From Podarcis muralis (lineage: Eukaryota): a stretch of DNA of 64,000 bases. A program made the position numbers and the translations under genes. The notes beneath the pieces were generated by a model, which saw only the letters and a program-made list of their open reading frames with translations, was not told the origin of the DNA and searched no databases. Location: assembly GCF_964188315.1 (NCBI RefSeq), contig NC_135658.1:28954001-29018000 (forward strand). Reading direction: 5' to 3'. Shown here piece by piece: positions 61,415-64,000 of this stretch (position 1 is its first letter; each line of letters begins with the position of its first letter).

Positions 61415-64000
61415 TGTTGTTGTTGTTGTTTAGTCGTTTAGTCGTGTCCGACTCTTCGTGACCCCATGGACCAGAGCACGCCAGGCACCTCTGTCCTCCA
61501 CTACCTCCCGCAGTTTGGTCAAACTCATGCTGGTAACCTCGAAAACACTATCCAACCATCTCGTCCTCTGTCGCCCCCTTCTCCTTGTGCCCTCCATCTT
61601 TCCCAGCATCAGGGTCTTCTCCAGGGAGTCTTCTCTTCTCATGAGGTGGCCAAAGTACTGGAGCCTCAGCTTCACGATCTGTCCTTCCAGTGAGCACTCA
61701 GGGCTGATTTCCTTAAGAATGGATGCGTTTGATCTTCTTGCAGTCCATGGGACTCTCAAGAGTCTTCTCCAGCACCATAATTCAAAAGCATCAATTCTTC
61801 GGCGATCAGCCTTCTTTATGGTCCAGCTCTCACTTCCATACATCACTACTGGGAAAACCATGGCTATACGGACCTTTGTTGGCAAGGTGATGTCTCTACT
61901 TCTCAAGATGCTGTCTAGGCCTGTCATTGCCCTTCTCCCAAGAAGCAGGCGTCTTTTAATTTCGTGGCTGCTGTCACCATCTGCGGTGATCATGGAGCCC
62001 AAGAAAGTAAAATCTCTCACTGCCTCCATTTCTTCCCTTTCTATTTGCCAGGAGGTGATGGGACCAGTGGCCATGATCTTCGTTTTTTTGATGTTGAGCT
62101 TCAGACCATATTTTGCGCTCTCCTCTTTCACCCTCATTAAAAGGTTCTTTAATTCCTCCTCACTTTCTGCCATCAAGGTTGTGTCATCTGCATATCTGAG
62201 GTTGCTGATATTTCTTCCGGCAATCTTAATTCCAGCTTGGGATTCATCCAGCCCAGCCTTTCGCATGATGTATTCTGCATACAAATTAAATAAGCAGGGA
62301 GACAAAATGCAGCCTTGTCGTACTCCTTTCCCAATTTTGAACCAATCAGTTGTTCCATATCCAGTTCTAACTGTAGCTTCTTGTCCCACATAGAGATTTC
62401 TCAGGAGACAGATGAGGTGATCAGGCACTCCCATTTCTTTAAGAACTTGCCATAGTTTGCTGTGGTCGACACAGTCAAAGGCTTTTGCATAGTCAATGAA
62501 GCAGAAGTAGATGTCTTTCTGGAACTCTCTAGCTTTCTCCATAATCCAGCGCATGTTTGCAATTTGGTCTCTGGTTCCTCTGCCTCTTCTAAATCCAGCT
62601 TGCACTTCTGGGAGTTCTCGATCCACATACTGCTTGAGCCTTCCTTGTAGAATTTTAAGCATAACCTTGCTAGCGTGTGAAATGAGTGCAATTGTGCGGT
62701 AGTTGGAGCATTCTTTGGCACTGCCTTTCTTTGGGATTGGGATGTAGACTGATCTTCTCCAATCTTCTGGCCACTGCTGAGTTTTCCAAATTTGCTGGCA
62801 TATTGAGTGTAGCACCTTAACAGCATCATCTTTTAAAATTTTAAATAGTTCAGCTGGAATACCATCACTTCCACTGGCCTTGTTATTTGCAGTGCTTTCT
62901 AAGGCCCATTTGACTTCACTTTCCAGGATGTCTGGCTCAAGGTCAGCAACCACACTACCTGGGGTGTACGAGACATCCATATCCTTCTGGTATAATTCCT
63001 CTGTGTATTCTTGCCACCTCTTCTTGATGTCTTCTGCTTCTGTTAGGTCCTTACCACTTTTGTCCTTTATTATGGTAATCTTTGTACGAAATGTTCCTTT
63101 CATATCTCCAATTTTCTTGAACAGATCTCTGGTTCTTCCCATTCTGTTGTTTTCCTCTATTTGTTTGCATTGCTCGTTTAAGAAGGCCTTCTTGTCTCTC
63201 CTTGCTATTCTTTGGAAATCTGCATTCAATTTCCTGTATCTTTCACTATCTCCCTCACATTTTGCTTGCCTTCTCTCCTCCGCTATTTGTAAGGCCTCGT
63301 TGGACAGCCACTTTGCTTTCTTGCATTTCCTTTTCATTGGGATGGTTTTCGTTGCTGCCTCCTGTACAATGTTACGAGCCTCCATCCATAGTTCTTCAGG
63401 CACTCTGTCCACCAAATCTAAATCCTTAAACCTGTTCCTCACTTCCACTGTGTATTCATAAGGGATTTGACTTAGATTGTATCTTACTGGCCCAGTGGTT
63501 TTTCCTACTTTCTTCAGTTTAAGCTTGAATTTTGCTATAAGAAGCTGATGATCTGAGCCACAGTCAGCTCCAGGTCTTGTTTTTGCTGACTGTATAGAGC
63601 TTCTCCATCTTTGGCTGCAGAGAATATAATCAATCTGATTTCGATGCTGCCCATCTGGTGATGTCCATGTGTAGAGTCGTCTCTTGTGTTGTTGGAAAAG
63701 AGTGTTTGTGATGACCAGCTTGTTCTCTTGGCAGAACTCTATTAGCCTTTGCCCTGCTTCGTTTTGAACTCCAAGGCCAAACTTGCCAGTTGTTCCTTTT
63801 ATCTCTTGACTCCCTACTTTAGCATTCCAATCCCCTATAATGAGAAGAACATCCTTCTTTGGTGTCACTTCTATAAGGTCTTGTAAGTCTTCATAGAATT
63901 GGTCAATTTCAGTTTCTTCGGCGCCAGTAGTTGGTGCATAAACTTGGATTACTGTGATGTTAAAAGGTCTGCCTTGGATTCGTATCGAGATCATTCTATC
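61415..64000 (-). mobile_element. BovB (RTE) LINE, long young copy continuing past the window edge
   Basis: (CAA)n tail at about 61415-61430, then continuous BovB sequence to 64000. Confidence 0.97.
61430..63994 (-). CDS. BovB endonuclease/reverse transcriptase ORF (854 aa in window, frame open to the 5' edge)
   Basis: APE-type endonuclease motifs (IQVYAPT, GDWNAKVG, NQIDYIL, GSDH) and RT motifs (NYRTIALISH, QAGFR, GVRQGCILSP, YADD at 62183-62194). No stop or frameshift. Confidence 0.93.
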   Translation of the reverse strand: MISIRIQGRPFNITVIQVYAPTTGAEETEIDQFYEDLQDLIEVTPKKDVLLIIGDWNAKVGSQEIKGTTGKFGLGVQNEAGQRLIEFCQENKLVITNTLFQQHKRRLYTWTSPDGQHRNQIDYILCSQRWRSSIQSAKTRPGADCGSDHQLLIAKFKLKLKKVGKTTGPVRYNLSQIPYEYTVEVRNRFKDLDLVDRVPEELWMEARNIVQEAATKTIPMKRKCKKAKWLSNEALQIAEERRQAKCEGDSERYRKLNADFQRIARRDKKAFLNEQCKQIEENNRMGRTRDLFKKIGDMKGTFRTKITIIKDKSGKDLTEAEDIKKRWQEYTEELYQKDMDVSYTPGSVVADLEPDILESEVKWALESTANNKASGSDGIPAELFKILKDDAVKVLHSICQQIWKTQQWPEDWRRSVYIPIPKKGSAKECSNYRTIALISHASKVMLKILQGRLKQYVDRELPEVQAGFRRGRGTRDQIANMRWIMEKAREFQKDIYFCFIDYAKAFDCVDHSKLWQVLKEMGVPDHLICLLRNLYVGQEATVRTGYGTTDWFKIGKGVRQGCILSPCLFNLYAEYIMRKAGLDESQAGIKIAGRNISNLRYADDTTLMAESEEELKNLLMRVKEESAKYGLKLNIKKTKIMATGPITSWQIEREEMEAVRDFTFLGSMITADGDSSHEIKRRLLLGRRAMTGLDSILRSRDITLPTKVRIAMVFPVVMYGSESWTIKKADRRRIDAFELWCWRRLLRVPWTARRSNASILKEISPECSLEGQIVKLRLQYFGHLMRREDSLEKTLMLGKMEGTRRRGRQRTRWLDSVFEVTSMSLTKLREVVEDRGAWRALVHGVTKSRTRLND

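Noticed and set aside
61458-63461. Plus-strand ORFs of 311 aa and 193 aa (and 341/184 aa at 54160-55758, 115 aa at 5190-5537)
   Set aside because: Antisense shadow frames of BovB coding sequence; they recur identically in every copy.
1-64000. CRISPR arrays, rRNA genes, prokaryotic operons, mitochondrial insertions or viral genes
   Set aside because: None seen. Repeats are dispersed eukaryotic TEs or microsatellites, and the short ORFs in the track are at background level for vertebrate intron DNA.

Overview
Vertebrate genomic DNA from a squamate reptile, most likely a lacertid lizard (judged from the Sauria/Squam1-type SINEs with (ACCTTT)n tails, Squam3-type SINEs with (CTT)n tails and BovB LINEs). 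The only host coding sequence I can support is the first coding exon of STARD13 (DLC2, alpha-type N-terminus, MLRQVPSTSG...RISRILARHQLLTKIQQ) on the minus strand at 48905-48740. It ends in a phase-1 G|GTGAGT donor. Everything to its left appears to be intron 1: the SAM-domain exon (EIEAKEACDWL...) was not found, so it presumably lies left of position 1. The region to its right is promoter/upstream DNA. The rest of the window is a dense record of mobile elements: four BovB (RTE) LINE pieces, including one with an uninterrupted 854+ aa EN-RT ORF running off the right edge; Sauria, Squam3-like and tRNA-Lys-derived SINEs; L2, CR1, L1 and Penelope-like fragments; two probable solo LTRs; and many hAT (8-bp TSD) and Tc1/mariner-pogo (TA TSD) MITEs. 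I did not find a convincing wholly new biological system. The best leads are: (1) two BovB copies of apparently different subfamilies inserted in tandem at one target site, with three copies of the TSD, whose fusion gives a 443-aa ATG-initiated ORF; (2) an intronic CpG-rich, possibly divergent promoter at 27.0-27.7 kb and a second candidate alternative first exon at 8.4-8.7 kb; (3) an inverted pair of Penelope-like ends carrying decayed minimal hammerhead-ribozyme motifs; (4) 136-bp palindromic hAT MITEs whose arms differ between copies yet stay mirrored within each copy. Family names and human STARD13 comparisons come from memory; no database search was run.
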